64,000 bases of DNA from contig JBBRLX010000005.1 in assembly GCA_038231135.1 (NCBI GenBank), positions 123,339 to 187,338 of the forward strand. Reading direction: 5' to 3'. The translations under genes were made by a program, and so were the position numbers. Numbering within the stretch: position 1 is the first letter of the stretch; the number at the start of each line of letters is the position of its first letter. Source of the stretch: Candidatus Eiseniibacteriota bacterium (GTDB taxonomy: Bacteria; Eisenbacteria; RBG-16-71-46). Below the pieces are notes generated by a model. It saw only the letters and a program-made list of their open reading frames with translations. It made no database searches and was not told where the DNA came from. Shown in pieces: positions 18,264-31,118 of this stretch.

Positions 18264-20971
18264 GACGCCGCCCTGGGCGTGGCGTCCAGCGCGTCGCGCA
18301 CTCTGCGGAGCAGCAGCGACGCCGTGAATGGTTTCGGCAGGAACGAGTCATCGTCGCCGGCCGGGCTGCTGGCTCCCGAGGCGTAGCCGGACACGAACAT
18401 CACCCGCATGGCGGGCCGTGACTGCTGCATCCGCACCGCCAGGTCGCGGCCGTTCATGCGCGGCATCACGACATCGGTCACCAGCAGATCGATCGGCCGG
18501 GGGAATCCGGCCGCCACCCGCAGCGCCTCGTCGCCCGCGACCGCGACCGCCACCGAATATCCCGCCTGCTCGAGCGTGCGCACGATGAGCGCGCGCACCG
18601 CGGGATCGTCCTCCACCACCAGCACGGTCTCGTGGCCGCCCGGCGGGGGGGCTTCGCCTTCCGGATCGGCCGGGGCCCGCGGTTCGAGCGAGCGCGGAAA
18701 ATACAGGCCGAACGTGGTGCCGCTGCCGGGGACGCTGTCGACCCACACCTGGCCGCCGCCCTGCTTCATGATGCCGTACACGGTGGCGAGCCCGAGGCCC
18801 GTGCCCTGGCCCATCGGCTTCGTGGTGAAGAACGGTTCGAACATGTGCGACAGCACCTCGGGCGACATGCCGACGCCGGTGTCGCGGATCTCGAGCACGG
18901 TGTAGTCGCCGGGCTTCAGGTCGGGATGCGGCGGGCGGTCGTCGCGGCCGATCGACACGTTTTCGGTGCGGATCGACAGTCGCCCGCCCTGCGGCATCGC
19001 ATCGCGCGAGTTGATCGCAAGATTCATCACCACCTGTTCGAGCTGCGCGGGATCGGCCCGGATCGGCCACACCGGCTCGTGGCACCGGGTAACCAGCTCG
19101 ATGTGCTCCCCGAGCACGCGGCGCAACAGCCGCTCCATGGCGCTGGCGAGTTCGTTGAGATCGATCACGCGCGGTGCGCTGACCTGCCGGCGCGCGACCG
19201 CCAGCAGCTGCGACGTCAGGTCGCGCGCGCGCTCGCCGGCCTGACGGATCTCCTCGAGGTCCGCGAGCAGTTCCGGTTCGCCCGCGAGTCGCGCCTCGAC
19301 CAGCTGCGTGTAGCCGAGGATCGCGGTGAGCAGGTTGTTGAAGTCGTGGGCGACGCCGCCCGCCAGCCGCCCGACGCTCTCGAGCTTCTGGGCGTGGCGC
19401 AGGTCCTCCTCCAGTCGCCGGCGCTCGGTGATGTCGTGCACCGTCACCATGCGTGCGGCGCGCCCCTGGAACACCACCGGGCTGCCCGTCACCTCCACCT
19501 GGATGATGCTGCCGTCGCGGCGCTGGTGGCGGCCGACGTTCGTCGTCGCGCGGTCACGCTCGATGGCGCGGGCGAGCAGTTGCCGGAACAGCGGGATGTC
19601 CTCGGGTGGGCGGATGTCCTGCACCGACATCGCGAGGAATTCCTCGCGGGTGTAACCGTAGTGCCGCACAGCGGTATCGTTCGCGGCGAGGAACCGGGTG
19701 GTCTCGACGTCGTATGCGAACATCGGAAACGGATTGGCCTCGAACAGCGCGCGGTACAGCTCCTCCGAGGCCCGCAGTTCGTCCTCCATGCGCTTGCGGC
19801 CGGTCAGGTCCACGATGCCCGCGAGGATCGCCGGTTCGCCGTTCCAGACCGTGAGCTGGAACGACGCGGTCATCCAGAACTCCTCGCCCCGCGCATTGCG
19901 GCCGAGCACCTCGAAGTTCCGCACGGTGCCCTCTGCGCGCAGCCGGCCGAGGATGGTCTCGCGATCCGCGGGCTGGGCGTAGAACCCGCTCGTGGTATGG
20001 CCCTCCATCTGCTCGCGCGTCACACCGAACAATTCCGCCACCGGCTGATTCGCGTAGAGCACGAGCCCGTCCAGGAAGCGCGTGATCAGCATCGCCAGCG
20101 GCATGGCGTCGCCGATCGCGCGAAACCGCTCCTTGCCGGCGCGTAACTCGTCCTCGGCCTGCCGGCGGCCGGTGACGTCCCGGGTCACCGCCAGGATGCC
20201 GCGCAGGACGCCGTCCGCGTCGCGTAGCGGGGCCGCCGTGGTCTCGACCCAGCGGTCCGCGCCGCGGCGGCCGGTCATGCGATAGCCGAGCCGCACCGTC
20301 TCGCCGGCGATCACCCGCTGGTAGGCTTCGAGGAACTGCGGGCGATCCTCGCGGACGACGAATGTCTCCAGCGGCCCGGCGGCCTCGACGCCGTCGATCT
20401 CGAGCATCGCGAGGCCGACCGGATTGATTTCGACGATGCGGCCGTCGGGCGACACCACGGTCACGCATTCCGGCTCGGTCTCGAAGATCGTGCGCAGCAG
20501 CGTTTCGCGCTCGCCATGCGCGGCCCGGTCGCGGATGCGATCGGTGACGTCGAGCACCAGGCTCGCCACGGTGCCGTCCGCGAGCGGCGTGATGCGGGCC
20601 TGGTAGTAGTGAACGCCGTCGGGCAACGGCAGCGCGTAATCGAGCAGTTCGGTGCGCCCGCTGGCGCGTGCCCGCGCGAGCGCTCCGTGCAGCTCGTCGG
20701 TGATGGGCTCGCCGGCGAACACTTCGTCGACGGTGCGGCCCACCAGCCGGTCCGGCGACACGAACGGTTCGAGGCCGCCCCCCATCGACACGTCGAGGTA
20801 GCGGTCGTCGGGCCCGATCAGGAACATCAGGTGCGGAATCGATTCGACCATGCGATCGACCCACGCCTTGCGATGGGCATCGGGCGCGGCGAGGCGCGCT
20901 CGCAGCTCGTGATTCTCGCGCGCCAGGCGCTCGATCTGGGCGCCGGTGGCCACGGGGTCGGGGTTGGACAT
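18260..20971 (-). CDS. Multi-PAS hybrid sensor histidine kinase / receiver
   Basis: Four PAS-like domains, AHDFNNLL H-box, FFTTK, GTGLGL, C-terminal REC (VVEDD, TDVVMP, KPF). Confidence 0.93.
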   Translation of the reverse strand: MSNPDPVATGAQIERLARENHELRARLAAPDAHRKAWVDRMVESIPHLMFLIGPDDRYLDVSMGGGLEPFVSPDRLVGRTVDEVFAGEPITDELHGALARARASGRTELLDYALPLPDGVHYYQARITPLADGTVASLVLDVTDRIRDRAAHGERETLLRTIFETEPECVTVVSPDGRIVEINPVGLAMLEIDGVEAAGPLETFVVREDRPQFLEAYQRVIAGETVRLGYRMTGRRGADRWVETTAAPLRDADGVLRGILAVTRDVTGRRQAEDELRAGKERFRAIGDAMPLAMLITRFLDGLVLYANQPVAELFGVTREQMEGHTTSGFYAQPADRETILGRLRAEGTVRNFEVLGRNARGEEFWMTASFQLTVWNGEPAILAGIVDLTGRKRMEDELRASEELYRALFEANPFPMFAYDVETTRFLAANDTAVRHYGYTREEFLAMSVQDIRPPEDIPLFRQLLARAIERDRATTNVGRHQRRDGSIIQVEVTGSPVVFQGRAARMVTVHDITERRRLEEDLRHAQKLESVGRLAGGVAHDFNNLLTAILGYTQLVEARLAGEPELLADLEEIRQAGERARDLTSQLLAVARRQVSAPRVIDLNELASAMERLLRRVLGEHIELVTRCHEPVWPIRADPAQLEQVVMNLAINSRDAMPQGGRLSIRTENVSIGRDDRPPHPDLKPGDYTVLEIRDTGVGMSPEVLSHMFEPFFTTKPMGQGTGLGLATVYGIMKQGGGQVWVDSVPGSGTTFGLYFPRSLEPRAPADPEGEAPPPGGHETVLVVEDDPAVRALIVRTLEQAGYSVAVAVAGDEALRVAAGFPRPIDLLVTDVVMPRMNGRDLAVRMQQSRPAMRVMFVSGYASGASSPAGDDDSFLPKPFTASLLLRRVRDALDATPRAAS

Positions 20972-21221
20972 TGCCCGACAATAGAGAGGCCCGCACGAGC
21001 CCGGCAAACCGGGCACGCGCTCGATGCCGGTCGGGCGGGCTCAGGGGCGGCGTTCCCGGGGGTGAGGTGCCTCCGAAACGAAGGAAATCGCGGATCGGGA
21101 ATCTCCGCAGAGATCGGCGCCACCGGTTCCGGCCTTGACGTCGTTCGTGCAAACATCAGAGACTTCACGAGTTCCGCCCCGCCGCCGCGCCGCAACCGGG
21201 AGCCACTCGAGCTCAGGAGAC

Positions 21222-22631
21222 ATGATGACAGCCACCGCAGTCGCCGTTCCGAGCGAACCCCGGACCGGGACCTGGTTCGGTCACCCGAAGGGGCTGTTCA
21301 TCCTGTTCTTCACCGAGATGTGGGAACGCTTTTCGTATTACGGCATGCGCTCGCTGCTCGTGCTCTACATGGTCAATTATCTGTTCATCAAGCCGGACAT
21401 CGGCCAGCGCGTGCTGGGATTCACCGCGATGCGCGCGTTCATCGAGCACCTGCCGTGGGTGCACCAGTCGCTCGGCGTCCAGCCGCTGTCGTCGCAGGTG
21501 TACGGGCTCTACACCGGCTTCGTCTACCTCACGCCGTTCTTCGGCGGCCTGCTTGCCGACCGGATCCTCGGGCAGCGCAAGACGGTCGTGCTCGGCGGCT
21601 TGCTGATGGCGTGCGGCCACTTCCTGATGGCGAACGAGCGCCTGTTCATCCCGGCGCTCATGTTCATCATCGCCGGCAACGGCGCGTTCAAGCCCAACAT
21701 CTCGACCCAGGTCGGACTGCTCTACCCGACGGGCGATCCGCGCCGCGATGGCGCGTTCACGATCTTCTACATGGGGATCAACCTGGGCGCGTTCTTCGCT
21801 CCGCTGGTGTGCGGCACGCTCGGCCAGACGGTGGGCTGGCATTACGGATTCGCCGCGGCGGGCGTGGGCATGCTGCTGGGCCTCGGACTCTACCTGTGGG
21901 GGCAGAAGTATCTCGCCCAGGACGCGCTGGTGCAGCGCAAGGCGCAGGCGGTGCAGGTGAAGGAGCCGATGACCCGCGAGGAGCTGCTGCGCGTCGGCGT
22001 GCTGCTCGTGATCTGCGCGCTGAACGTGGTGTTCTGGGGCGTGTACGAGCAGCAGGGCAACACCATGCAGCTATGGGCCGATCAGAACACCAACTGGCAC
22101 TTCTTCGGCTGGAACATGCCGTCGACGTGGTACCAGGCGTTCAATCCTGCGATGATCTTCATCTTCGCGCCGCTGCTCACGATATTCTGGGGGAAGCAGG
22201 CGGCGAACGGCCGCGAGCCGTCGAGTCTCACCAAGATGGCCTACGGCTGCATCCTGGTCGGGTTGTCGTTCATCATCATGGTCATCGCCACCCAGGGCAT
22301 GGCGCCCGATGCGCGGCGCAGCGTGCTGTGGCTCGTCGGCATGACCGTGATCGTCACCGTCGGCGAGTTGTACCTGTCGCCGGTCGGACTGTCGTTCGTC
22401 ACCAAGGTCGCGCCGATCCGCATGGTGTCGATGCTGATGGGCGTGTGGTTCCTCGCCAACTTCCTCGGCAACTACCTGACCGGCTACCTCGGCACGTTCT
22501 GGGAGACCATCCCGCACGGCCAGTTCTTCCTGCTGTTGTCGGGGCTCGGCGTGGGCGCGGGTGTGATCATGCTGGTGCTCAGCAGGCCGCTCGACAAGAT
22601 CGTATCGAAACATGACCGCGGACTAGCCTAG
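21222..22631 (+). CDS. POT/PTR family peptide:H+ symporter
   Basis: EMWERFSYYGMR, GGLLADR, FYMGINLGA, GELYLSP. Confidence 0.95.
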   Translation: MMTATAVAVPSEPRTGTWFGHPKGLFILFFTEMWERFSYYGMRSLLVLYMVNYLFIKPDIGQRVLGFTAMRAFIEHLPWVHQSLGVQPLSSQVYGLYTGFVYLTPFFGGLLADRILGQRKTVVLGGLLMACGHFLMANERLFIPALMFIIAGNGAFKPNISTQVGLLYPTGDPRRDGAFTIFYMGINLGAFFAPLVCGTLGQTVGWHYGFAAAGVGMLLGLGLYLWGQKYLAQDALVQRKAQAVQVKEPMTREELLRVGVLLVICALNVVFWGVYEQQGNTMQLWADQNTNWHFFGWNMPSTWYQAFNPAMIFIFAPLLTIFWGKQAANGREPSSLTKMAYGCILVGLSFIIMVIATQGMAPDARRSVLWLVGMTVIVTVGELYLSPVGLSFVTKVAPIRMVSMLMGVWFLANFLGNYLTGYLGTFWETIPHGQFFLLLSGLGVGAGVIMLVLSRPLDKIVSKHDRGLA

Positions 22632-22660
22632 CAGCCACCTGCGATCACCCCGACGGGAAG

Positions 22661-24943
22661 TCACGTCCCGTTGGCCGCGGGTGGTTCGAACGCTGCCGGA
22701 GCGGGCCGCGGGTCGGGGATCGTGAAATGGAACGTGGCGCCGTCTCCGGGCGATTCGGCCCAGATGCGGCCCCCGTAGCCTTCCACGATCCGGCGGCAGA
22801 TCGCGAGACCGACTCCGGTTCCGGGGTAGCTGCTCGTCCCATGAAGCCGTTTGAAGATGGTGAAGATCAGTTCGAGGTCGTGCGGCCTCATGCCGATGCC
22901 GTGGTCACGAACCCGGAACCGCCAGCCGTCCTCCGCCCGCTCGGCGCCGACCTCCACCAGCGGCGGCTGGGGGCCGTGGAACTTGATCGCGTTCGAGATC
23001 AGATTCTGGAACACCTGCGTGAGCTGACCCGCGTCGCAGGTGACGACCGGGAGCGGTTCCCGTTCGATGCGGGCCCCCGTGGTCTCGATCGAGAACTCCA
23101 GATTCCGGATCGCCTGCTCGAGCGCCTCGTCCGCCGACACGGGTTCGAGCACGAGCTGCGGCTTGCCGATGCGCGAGTACTGGAGCAGGCCCGCGGTCAT
23201 CGCCAGCATCCAGGTCGCACGCTCATGGATGTGGTCCACGAAGTCCCGAGCGTCCTGGCTCATGCGCTCGCGGTGCTCGTCCTGCCGCAGCAACCCGACG
23301 AAGCTCAGCACCGTATTCAACGGTGACTGCAGGTCATGGGACGCCAGCAGCGCGAACCGCTCGAGATCGGCGTTCGAGCGCGCCAGCTCGTCGGTTTGCA
23401 GCGCGAGCTTGCGCTCGATCAGCGCGCGCTCGGCGATCTCGTGTTTCAGCTCGTAATTCGCGTGCCACAGCTCGGTGGTGCGGTCGGCCACCGCGCGCCG
23501 CAGCTCCTGGTCCAGCCGCTGCCGGTCGGTGAGGTCGCGCGTCACCGTCGTGAATCCGATCAGCGCGCCGTCGGCGCCGTGCACGGCCGCGAGCACCACG
23601 TTCGCCCAGAACCGCGTGCCATCGCGTCGCACCAGCCAGCCCTCGTACTCGATGGGCGCGCGCCGCGCGGCCTCGAGGTGTTCGCCCGGTTTGCCGACCG
23701 CGATCTCCTCGGGGGTATAGAAACATGACACGTGACGCCCGAGGATGTCGGCGGCCGAGTAGCCGGTGATGCGTTCGCCGCCCGCGTTCCAGCTCGTGAT
23801 GAGGCCGCCGGGATCGAGCATGCTGATGGCGTACTCGCGCACGCCGTCGACCAGGTTGCGGAACCGCTCCTCGCTGACGCGCAGGTTCGACTCCGACTCG
23901 CGCAACTCGTCGAGCATACGCCCGAGCCGCCGGTTCACGCCCGTCAGCTCCCCGGTGCGGACCTGCACGCGGTCCTCGAGCTCGAGCGTCGCGCCCGCCA
24001 GCGCGCGCGCTGCGCGGTCGCGCTCGGCGAGTGCCGCGCCCAGCAGCAGGTCGGTGAGCGCGATCACGGCGATGAACGCCTGCAGGTGGATCGTGGTCCC
24101 CGCAAACCCCGCCGCCCCCGCCGGGGCCGCCAGTGCGCGCCAGCCCAGCGAGGCGAGGAACGCCGCGTTCACCATCACGACACCGGGCACCGAGAACCGC
24201 AGCGCGGCCCACACCACGAGCGGGAACACCGCGTATGGCCGCAGCCGTCCGATGGTCTCGATGCCCGTCCAGCTCGCGCCCAGCGACTGCACCACGACCA
24301 GCATCATCGCGGCCAGCAGCGCCAGCTCGATCCAGCGCGCGCGCGTGACCCGTCGCGCGGCGGCTGCGTCCCACACCAGCCCGAGCGGCGCTATGATCAG
24401 GATGCCGAGCGCGTCGCCGAGCCACCACGCCGCGGCCGCGGCGGCAGCGGCAGTCCCCGGGAAGGGCCGCCCCGCGCCGAGCGCGAACATGCCGGTGAAC
24501 ACCGTCACCAGCGGCACGATCAGCGCCGCGACCGCGAGGGCCAGCACGTCGTCGATGGCCGCGAATCCGTCACGACTGCCGCGCAGCCGCCGGTAGAGCA
24601 GCACGCCCGCGGTCGCCGCGAGGGTCTGGGACACGGCCAGCGCGATCGCGGTGGCGGGGCCCAGGGACCAGGCCCCGGCCAGCACGCCCACGCCCACCGC
24701 GGGAGCGAGGCGGAGGCCGCCGCGCGCGAGGCCCAGGAACGCGATGCCCATCGACAGCCCGACGATGCCGGCGCGTGCTACGCCGGGATCCGCGTGAGGC
24801 GCGATGACCACCGCGGCCGCGCAGGCGGCGGCGAGGGTGGCGCCGAGCGCAATGTGGCGGGTGATCGCGCGGGTGCGGGGAGCGTTGGCCAGCGGACCGG
24901 CGCCCGCAGCGGAGATCGCGTGCTCCACCGGGGGCGCCGTCAT
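22661..24943 (-). CDS. MASE1-PAS sensor histidine kinase
   Basis: Multi-TM region with WWLGDALG, PAS, SHDLQSPL, NLISNAIKF, GTGVGL; ATGA coupling to the upstream gene. Confidence 0.9.
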   Translation of the reverse strand: MTAPPVEHAISAAGAGPLANAPRTRAITRHIALGATLAAACAAAVVIAPHADPGVARAGIVGLSMGIAFLGLARGGLRLAPAVGVGVLAGAWSLGPATAIALAVSQTLAATAGVLLYRRLRGSRDGFAAIDDVLALAVAALIVPLVTVFTGMFALGAGRPFPGTAAAAAAAAWWLGDALGILIIAPLGLVWDAAAARRVTRARWIELALLAAMMLVVVQSLGASWTGIETIGRLRPYAVFPLVVWAALRFSVPGVVMVNAAFLASLGWRALAAPAGAAGFAGTTIHLQAFIAVIALTDLLLGAALAERDRAARALAGATLELEDRVQVRTGELTGVNRRLGRMLDELRESESNLRVSEERFRNLVDGVREYAISMLDPGGLITSWNAGGERITGYSAADILGRHVSCFYTPEEIAVGKPGEHLEAARRAPIEYEGWLVRRDGTRFWANVVLAAVHGADGALIGFTTVTRDLTDRQRLDQELRRAVADRTTELWHANYELKHEIAERALIERKLALQTDELARSNADLERFALLASHDLQSPLNTVLSFVGLLRQDEHRERMSQDARDFVDHIHERATWMLAMTAGLLQYSRIGKPQLVLEPVSADEALEQAIRNLEFSIETTGARIEREPLPVVTCDAGQLTQVFQNLISNAIKFHGPQPPLVEVGAERAEDGWRFRVRDHGIGMRPHDLELIFTIFKRLHGTSSYPGTGVGLAICRRIVEGYGGRIWAESPGDGATFHFTIPDPRPAPAAFEPPAANGT

Positions 24944-26640
24944 CCGTGAGCGGGCCCGCCGTTCGTGGCGTGGAACGCCTCGGCCATCGTCTCGGCGGCC
25001 GCCGGCTGGCCGAACAGGAATCCCTGCAGCTCGTCGCAATCCTGCGCGGCGAGCCAGGTCCGCTGCTGATCCTCCTCGACGCCCTCGGCCGTCACCCGCA
25101 TGTTCATGCCGTGCCCCATCATGACGATCGCGGACACGATCGCGTCGTCGATCGGGTTGGTCGTGATGCCGCGCACGAACGAGCGGTCGATCTTGAGTCC
25201 GTCGATGGGGAAGTGCCGCAGCCGGCCCAGCGACGAATACCCGGTGCCGAAATCGTCGATGGCGATGCCGATGCCCATGTCCCGCAGCGATCGCAGCGTG
25301 GCCCCGGTGTCGATCTCGTTGCGCATCAACCCGCCTTCGGTCAGCTCCAGCTCGAGCCAGCGAGGTTCGAAGCCGGTCTCGGCGAGCACGTGCTGAATCG
25401 TGGAACAGACGCGGCGGTCCTCGAACTCCCGGCTCGACAGGTTGACCGACAGCCGCAGCGGCGTGCCCGGGCGGTCCTCGTTCCAGTCGCGGACCGTCTC
25501 GCAGGCGCGGTGCAGCACCCATTCGCCCAGCCGGCGCATCATTCCCATCTCCTCGGCGAGCGGAATGAATTGGGACGGATACAGGAGCCCGAGCTGCGGA
25601 TGCTCCCAGCGCACCAGCGCCTCCACGCCGCACGTCGCCCAGCTGTGGGCATCCACGCGCGCCTGGTAGTGCACCACGAGCTCGTCGTTCTCGACCGCCC
25701 GCCTGAGGCCCTGCATGATGTGCAGCCGTTCCGGCATCGGCTGCCGCATCGAGCCCGAGCAGAACACCGCGACGCTGCCTTCCTGCTTGGCCTGGTACAT
25801 CGCGGAATCCGCGCTGCGCAGCAGGCCGTCGGCGTCCTCCCCGTCCCAGGGATAGACGCTGATGCCCATGCTCGCCGACATCGCCACGTCGCGGCCGCCG
25901 ATCTGCATCGGCGTGGCCAGCGCGTGCAGCACCTTGTTCGCGAACCGCTGGACGTCGCCGAAGCTCGAGACCTCGGGCAGCAGCACCGTGAATTCGTCGC
26001 CGCCGATGCGCGCGACGGTGTCGCTCTCGCGTACGCACGACGTCAGGCGCTTCGCGACCTCGAGCAGCATACGGTCGCCCTCCGCGTGACCATACGTGTC
26101 GTTCACCGGCTTGAACCCGTCGAGGTCGAGGAACAACACCGCGAGCAGCTTGTTCGCGCGCTGCGTCAGCGCGAGCGAATGCTCGAGCCGGTCCATGAGC
26201 AGGCGCCGGTTCGGCAGGTTCGTGAGGCCGTCGTGGTCGGCCAGGTGCTGGATCTGCTGCTCGGTGCGCTTGCGCTCGACGGCGTAGCGCAGCGCGCGCG
26301 TGAGCAGCGCGCCGTCGCCCTCGCCCTTCATCAGGTAGTCCTGGGCGCCGTTCTGCACGGCCTGCAGCGCCACGGTATCGTCGTGGTGGCCCGACAGCAC
26401 GACGATCGGAACGTCGGGAACCGCCCGCTGCACGGGGGACAGGGCGTCGAGCCCGGTGACGCCGGGCAATCCGAGATCGAGCAGCACGACGTCGAACGGC
26501 TGGTCGCGCAGCAGGGTGAGGGCGTCCTCGAGTTGGCTTGCATGGACGAGTTCGACCGCAGGACGGTGAGCGGTGGCGCGGAGCATCTCGCGCACCAGGC
26601 GGGCATCCGCCGCGCTGTCTTCGACGAGCAGAACCTTCAA
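24940..26640 (-). CDS. Response regulator with GGDEF and EAL domains
   Basis: REC (VEDS, LDLGLP), RESD I-site, GGDEF, EALVRW, DDFGTGYSS. Confidence 0.95.
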   Translation of the reverse strand: MKVLLVEDSAADARLVREMLRATAHRPAVELVHASQLEDALTLLRDQPFDVVLLDLGLPGVTGLDALSPVQRAVPDVPIVVLSGHHDDTVALQAVQNGAQDYLMKGEGDGALLTRALRYAVERKRTEQQIQHLADHDGLTNLPNRRLLMDRLEHSLALTQRANKLLAVLFLDLDGFKPVNDTYGHAEGDRMLLEVAKRLTSCVRESDTVARIGGDEFTVLLPEVSSFGDVQRFANKVLHALATPMQIGGRDVAMSASMGISVYPWDGEDADGLLRSADSAMYQAKQEGSVAVFCSGSMRQPMPERLHIMQGLRRAVENDELVVHYQARVDAHSWATCGVEALVRWEHPQLGLLYPSQFIPLAEEMGMMRRLGEWVLHRACETVRDWNEDRPGTPLRLSVNLSSREFEDRRVCSTIQHVLAETGFEPRWLELELTEGGLMRNEIDTGATLRSLRDMGIGIAIDDFGTGYSSLGRLRHFPIDGLKIDRSFVRGITTNPIDDAIVSAIVMMGHGMNMRVTAEGVEEDQQRTWLAAQDCDELQGFLFGQPAAAETMAEAFHATNGGPAHG

Positions 26641-26849
26641 TGGTTCTCCGGCCCTTTAGGGTTGGGACGCGGCCGCGTCGAAGTTCCCCGGGGTCTGCGT
26701 TCGCGCGCGGACCGTGACCTAGAATTCCGTGACGGGACCCATGTTGTCAAGCTCCGATGTGGGATCGGTCACGCCCGCCGGGCAGTTCGCAATGCTCGAC
26801 CGCGCCCCCGACGTTCGAGGACGCGCCTGCGGCCAGCGGTCGAGCGGGT

Positions 26850-29138
26850 TCAGGACCGCGCGGTCCCCGCGAGCCACTTCTCGCGTCCCACGAGCAGCAG
26901 CAGTCCGGTCAGGATCGCAAATGGTATCAACGACAGCAGATCCGCGTAAGGCCCGGCGAAGAACGGGTTGAAATGGTTCGCCCAGCCGGTGAGCGATGCG
27001 TCGGTGGTCTCGAACACGCCGGCCATGAAGGCGATGATGATGCCCGCGATCGCGCCGCCCGCGATGTAGCCGGACGCCATCAGCACACCCGGGCTGCGAT
27101 CGGCCTCGCTGGCGAGCTGCTCGTCGGTGAGCTTGTGATGGGCCAGCTCGCGATTGCGGGCGCGGTCCACGACCAGGCGCACGAGTCCGCCGATCCAGAT
27201 CGGTGTCGAGGACGACAGCGGCAGGTAGAGCCCCACGGCGAACGCCAGCGACGGAATGCCCGCCATCTCGAGCACCAGCGAGATCATCACGCCGAACAGC
27301 ACGAGCCCCCACGGCAGCCGGTGGTCGAGGATGCCGCGAATGATGTAGGCCATCAGCGTCGCCTTCGGCGCGTCGAACTTGCGCACCGGGGTGCCGTCGG
27401 GGCGCTGCGTCACGGTGCCGTTGATGCCCGGATCGACCAGGTAGACGGCCCGGCCGGAGTCGTCGACCAGGTACTTGGTGGTGGTGCCGGCCGCGTCGTC
27501 GGCCTGCTGCCACACGCGATAGGTCCTGGGGTCGGTGCGGCCCTGGGGGCCTTTGAGGCCTTCCCGCGCCGGCGGCAGCGCCGCAACGTCGGTCGTGATG
27601 TGGGTGGTCACGGGGACGTAGACCGTCGCCGCGTCGTTCAGCTTGAGCAGGATCGGGCCCAGCGCGAGCGCCGAGATCGTGGCGCCGATCAGGATCGACA
27701 CCTGCTGCCAGCGCGGCGTCGCGCCCAGCAGGAATCCGGTCTTGAGATCCTGCGACGTGGTGCCGCCGTTGGACGCCGCGATGCACACGATGCCGCCCAC
27801 CGACAGCGCGGTGACGAACCAGCTGTGGCCCGTCCAGCCCACCACGAGGAAGATCAGGCAGGTCAGCAGCAGCGTGGCCACGGTCATGCCCGAGATCGGG
27901 TTCGACGACGAGCCGATCTCGCCGGTGAGCCGCGACGACACCGTGACGAACAGGAAGCCGAACAGCACGATCAGGATCGCGCCGAGCAGGTTCATGTGCA
28001 GCGGCTTCGCCAGCACGATCGCCGCGAGCAGCAGCGCGATGCCGATGAACACCACTTTCATCGACAGGTCGTGCTCGGTGCGATGCGGGTCGGCGGCGCC
28101 GCGGGCGGCGCCCACGTCGCGCAGGCCCTGCTGCAGGCTGCTCCAGATCACCGGCAGCGAGCGCAGCAGGCTGATGATGCCGCCGGCGGCGACCGCGCCG
28201 GCGCCGATGTAGAGCACGTAGGCGCCACGGATCTGGCCCGGCGTCATGGCCGAGATCGGGATATTACCGGGCGCCAGCGGCCCCGGCATGCCGGAGCCGA
28301 AGAACTTGATCAGCGGGATCATCACCAGGTAGGCGAGCACGCCGCCCGCGCACATGATCGACGCGATCCGGGGCCCGATGATGTAGCCCACGCCGAGCAG
28401 TTCGGGCGAGATCTCGCACGACAGCGAACCTGCGGCGAACGGCCTGGCGAAGATCTTCTCGGGCGTGTCCTTCCAGCCCTTGAGCGCCACCATCGCGCTC
28501 TTGTAGAGCAGGCCGATGCCAAACCCCGTGAAGATCGTGCGGGCGCTGAGCTGGCGGCCGAGACCCTGCGCCTCCTCGGCCTTCGCCTCCGGGGACGCCG
28601 CCGCGCGCGATTCCTCGGAGGCGCCGGCCTTGAGCACCTCGGCGCACGCGGTGCCCTCGGGATACTTGAGCTTGCCGTGCTGCTGGACGATCAGCGCGCG
28701 CCGCAGCGGGATCATCATCAGGATGCCGAGCAGCCCGCCCAGCACCGCGACCAGCATCACCCGCGTGATTTCGAGGTTGAACCCGAGGATCATGATCGCC
28801 GGCATCGTGACGCCGAGGCCGAACGCGATCGATTCCCCGGCGGAGCCGGCGGTTTGCACGATGTTGTTCTCGAGGATCGTCGCGTCCTTGACGCCGAACC
28901 GCGACATCAGCCGGAACAGCGTGATCGAGATCACCGCCACCGGGATCGACGCCGACACGGTGAGCCCAACTTTGAGCACCAGATACAGGGAGGACGCGCC
29001 GAAAATCATGCCGAGGAAGGTGCCGAGCAGCACCGCTCGCACCGTGAACTCGGGGAGCTGGGTGGTGGCGGCGATGTAGGGCGCGAACGGTGCGGCGGGT
29101 GGATCGTCGACCGGTTCCAGGCGCGGCGCGGGGCTCAT
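26850..29138 (-). CDS. OPT family oligopeptide transporter
   Basis: [41 protein letters not shown]. Confidence 0.95.
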   Translation of the reverse strand: MSPAPRLEPVDDPPAAPFAPYIAATTQLPEFTVRAVLLGTFLGMIFGASSLYLVLKVGLTVSASIPVAVISITLFRLMSRFGVKDATILENNIVQTAGSAGESIAFGLGVTMPAIMILGFNLEITRVMLVAVLGGLLGILMMIPLRRALIVQQHGKLKYPEGTACAEVLKAGASEESRAAASPEAKAEEAQGLGRQLSARTIFTGFGIGLLYKSAMVALKGWKDTPEKIFARPFAAGSLSCEISPELLGVGYIIGPRIASIMCAGGVLAYLVMIPLIKFFGSGMPGPLAPGNIPISAMTPGQIRGAYVLYIGAGAVAAGGIISLLRSLPVIWSSLQQGLRDVGAARGAADPHRTEHDLSMKVVFIGIALLLAAIVLAKPLHMNLLGAILIVLFGFLFVTVSSRLTGEIGSSSNPISGMTVATLLLTCLIFLVVGWTGHSWFVTALSVGGIVCIAASNGGTTSQDLKTGFLLGATPRWQQVSILIGATISALALGPILLKLNDAATVYVPVTTHITTDVAALPPAREGLKGPQGRTDPRTYRVWQQADDAAGTTTKYLVDDSGRAVYLVDPGINGTVTQRPDGTPVRKFDAPKATLMAYIIRGILDHRLPWGLVLFGVMISLVLEMAGIPSLAFAVGLYLPLSSSTPIWIGGLVRLVVDRARNRELAHHKLTDEQLASEADRSPGVLMASGYIAGGAIAGIIIAFMAGVFETTDASLTGWANHFNPFFAGPYADLLSLIPFAILTGLLLLVGREKWLAGTARS

Positions 29139-29294
29139 GGACAGTTCCTCGGGTCCCAGGACGGGCTCCACATCGAGCGCGAACCAGCGACATTAGAAGG
29201 GCGGGTCCCGGGTTTGCAAGCCTCCGGTTCCGGGCGCTACGCTCCGGCGAAACTCAGGCAGTTCCATTCCGGCCCATCACAAAGGCAATCCCCC

Positions 29295-31100
29295 ATGACG
29301 ACCCATACGAAGCTCGCCGCCTGGGTGACCGAGACGGCGGCCATGTGCCAGCCCGATACCGTCGTGTGGTGCGACGGCACGCCCCGGGAATACCAGACGA
29401 TGCTCCGCCTGATGGTGCAGGCCGGGACCGCCACCTGGCTCGACCACGGCCAGCGGCCAAACAGCGTGTTCGTGCGGTCGGACCCCGCCGACGTGGCGCG
29501 GGTCGAGGAGTTCACGTTCATCTGCTCCCGTACCGCCGAGGAGGCGGGCCCGACGAACCACTGGCGGGATCCCGCCGAGACCAAGCAGCTGCTGACCGGC
29601 CTGTTCACGGGGGCGATGCGCGGCCGGACGATGTACGTGATCCCCTACAGCATGGGTCCGGTCGGGTCGCCGATCGCCAGGATCGGCGTCGAGCTCACCG
29701 ATTCCCCGTACGTGGTCGCGAACATGCACATCATGGCGCGCGTGGGCACCCGGGTGCTGGACGTGCTGGGCCAGGACGGCGAGTTCGTGCGCGGCCTGCA
29801 TTCGGTGGGTGCACCGCTGGCCGACACGGCACCCGATTCGCCGTGGCCATGCAACGCGCAGACCAAGTACATCTGCCACTTTCCCGACACCCGCGAGATC
29901 ATGTCCTACGGCTCGGGCTACGGCGGCAACGCGCTGCTCGGCAAGAAGTGCCATGCGCTGCGCATCGCGTCGGTGCAGGCGCGCGACGAGGGCTGGCTGG
30001 CCGAGCACATGCTGATCCTCGGCATCACGAATCCCCAGGGCCGCAAGATCTTCGTCGCGGCGGCGTTCCCGTCGGCGTGCGGCAAGACCAACCTGGCGAT
30101 GATGAATCCGACGCTGCCGGGCTGGAAGGTGGAGACGGTCGGCGACGACATCGCGTGGATGAAGTTCGGCGCCGACGGCCGGCTGTACGCGATCAATCCC
30201 GAGCACGGATTCTTCGGCGTGGCGCCCGGCACCAGCATGAAAAGCAATCCCAACGCCATGCTCACGGCGAACCGCAACTCGATCTTCACCAACTGCGCGA
30301 TCACGCCCGACGGCGACGTGTGGTGGGAGGACATGACCGACACCGCGCCGCCCGAGCTGATGGACTGGCTGCGGCGGCCGTGGCGGCCGGGCGTGGGCCG
30401 CAAGGCCGCACATCCCAACGCCCGGTTCACGGCGCCCGCGAGCCAGTGCCCCGTGATCTCGCCCGACTGGGAGAATCCGGCGGGCGTGCCGATCGCCGCG
30501 ATCCTGTTCGGCGGCCGCCGCGCCAGCGTGGTGCCGCTCGTCAACGAGGCGCTGTCGTGGCAGCACGGCACGTTCATGGGATCGATCATGAGCAGCGAGA
30601 CCACCGCCGCCGCGGCGGGCGCGGTGGGGGCTGTGCGACTCGACCCGTTCGCGATGCTGCCGTTCTGCGGCTATCACATGGGCGAGTACTTCGCCCACTG
30701 GCTCGCGATCGGCGGCAAGGCCGACGCGGCGAAGCTGCCGAGGTTCTTCAACGTGAACTGGTTCCGCAAGGGCCCGGACGGCAAATTCCTGTGGCCCGGC
30801 TACGGCGAGAACAGCCGCGTGCTGCAGTGGGTGTTCGATCGCGTCACCGGCACCGCCGCCGCGATCGACACGCCGATCGGCCGGCTGCCGGCGCCGGGCG
30901 CGATCGACGTGCGCGGGCTCGACGTGAAGGACGCGGCGATGACCGAGCTGCTGCGCGTCGACGTCGACGGCTGGCTGGGCGAGTTGCCGCTCATGAAGCA
31001 GCATTACCAGCGCTTCGGCGCCAAACTGCCGCAGGGACTGAAGGACGAACTCGCGGCGCTCGAGCAGCGGCTGCAGTCGGCATCCGTCGGCTCGCGCTGA
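29295..31100 (+). CDS. pckG: Phosphoenolpyruvate carboxykinase (GTP)
   Basis: [47 protein letters not shown]. Confidence 0.97.
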   Translation: MTTHTKLAAWVTETAAMCQPDTVVWCDGTPREYQTMLRLMVQAGTATWLDHGQRPNSVFVRSDPADVARVEEFTFICSRTAEEAGPTNHWRDPAETKQLLTGLFTGAMRGRTMYVIPYSMGPVGSPIARIGVELTDSPYVVANMHIMARVGTRVLDVLGQDGEFVRGLHSVGAPLADTAPDSPWPCNAQTKYICHFPDTREIMSYGSGYGGNALLGKKCHALRIASVQARDEGWLAEHMLILGITNPQGRKIFVAAAFPSACGKTNLAMMNPTLPGWKVETVGDDIAWMKFGADGRLYAINPEHGFFGVAPGTSMKSNPNAMLTANRNSIFTNCAITPDGDVWWEDMTDTAPPELMDWLRRPWRPGVGRKAAHPNARFTAPASQCPVISPDWENPAGVPIAAILFGGRRASVVPLVNEALSWQHGTFMGSIMSSETTAAAAGAVGAVRLDPFAMLPFCGYHMGEYFAHWLAIGGKADAAKLPRFFNVNWFRKGPDGKFLWPGYGENSRVLQWVFDRVTGTAAAIDTPIGRLPAPGAIDVRGLDVKDAAMTELLRVDVDGWLGELPLMKQHYQRFGAKLPQGLKDELAALEQRLQSASVGSR

Positions 31101-31118
31101 CGGTTCCGCGGGCACCAC

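Noticed and set aside
22661..26038. 1125-aa kinase ORF
   Set aside because: Its N-part is an alternate frame of the GGDEF-EAL gene; the real start at 24943 has ATGA coupling.
26757..29294. Apparent 1447-aa PEPCK with a long N-terminal extension
   Set aside because: The extension is the antisense shadow of the OPT gene; PEPCK motifs start at ATG 29295.
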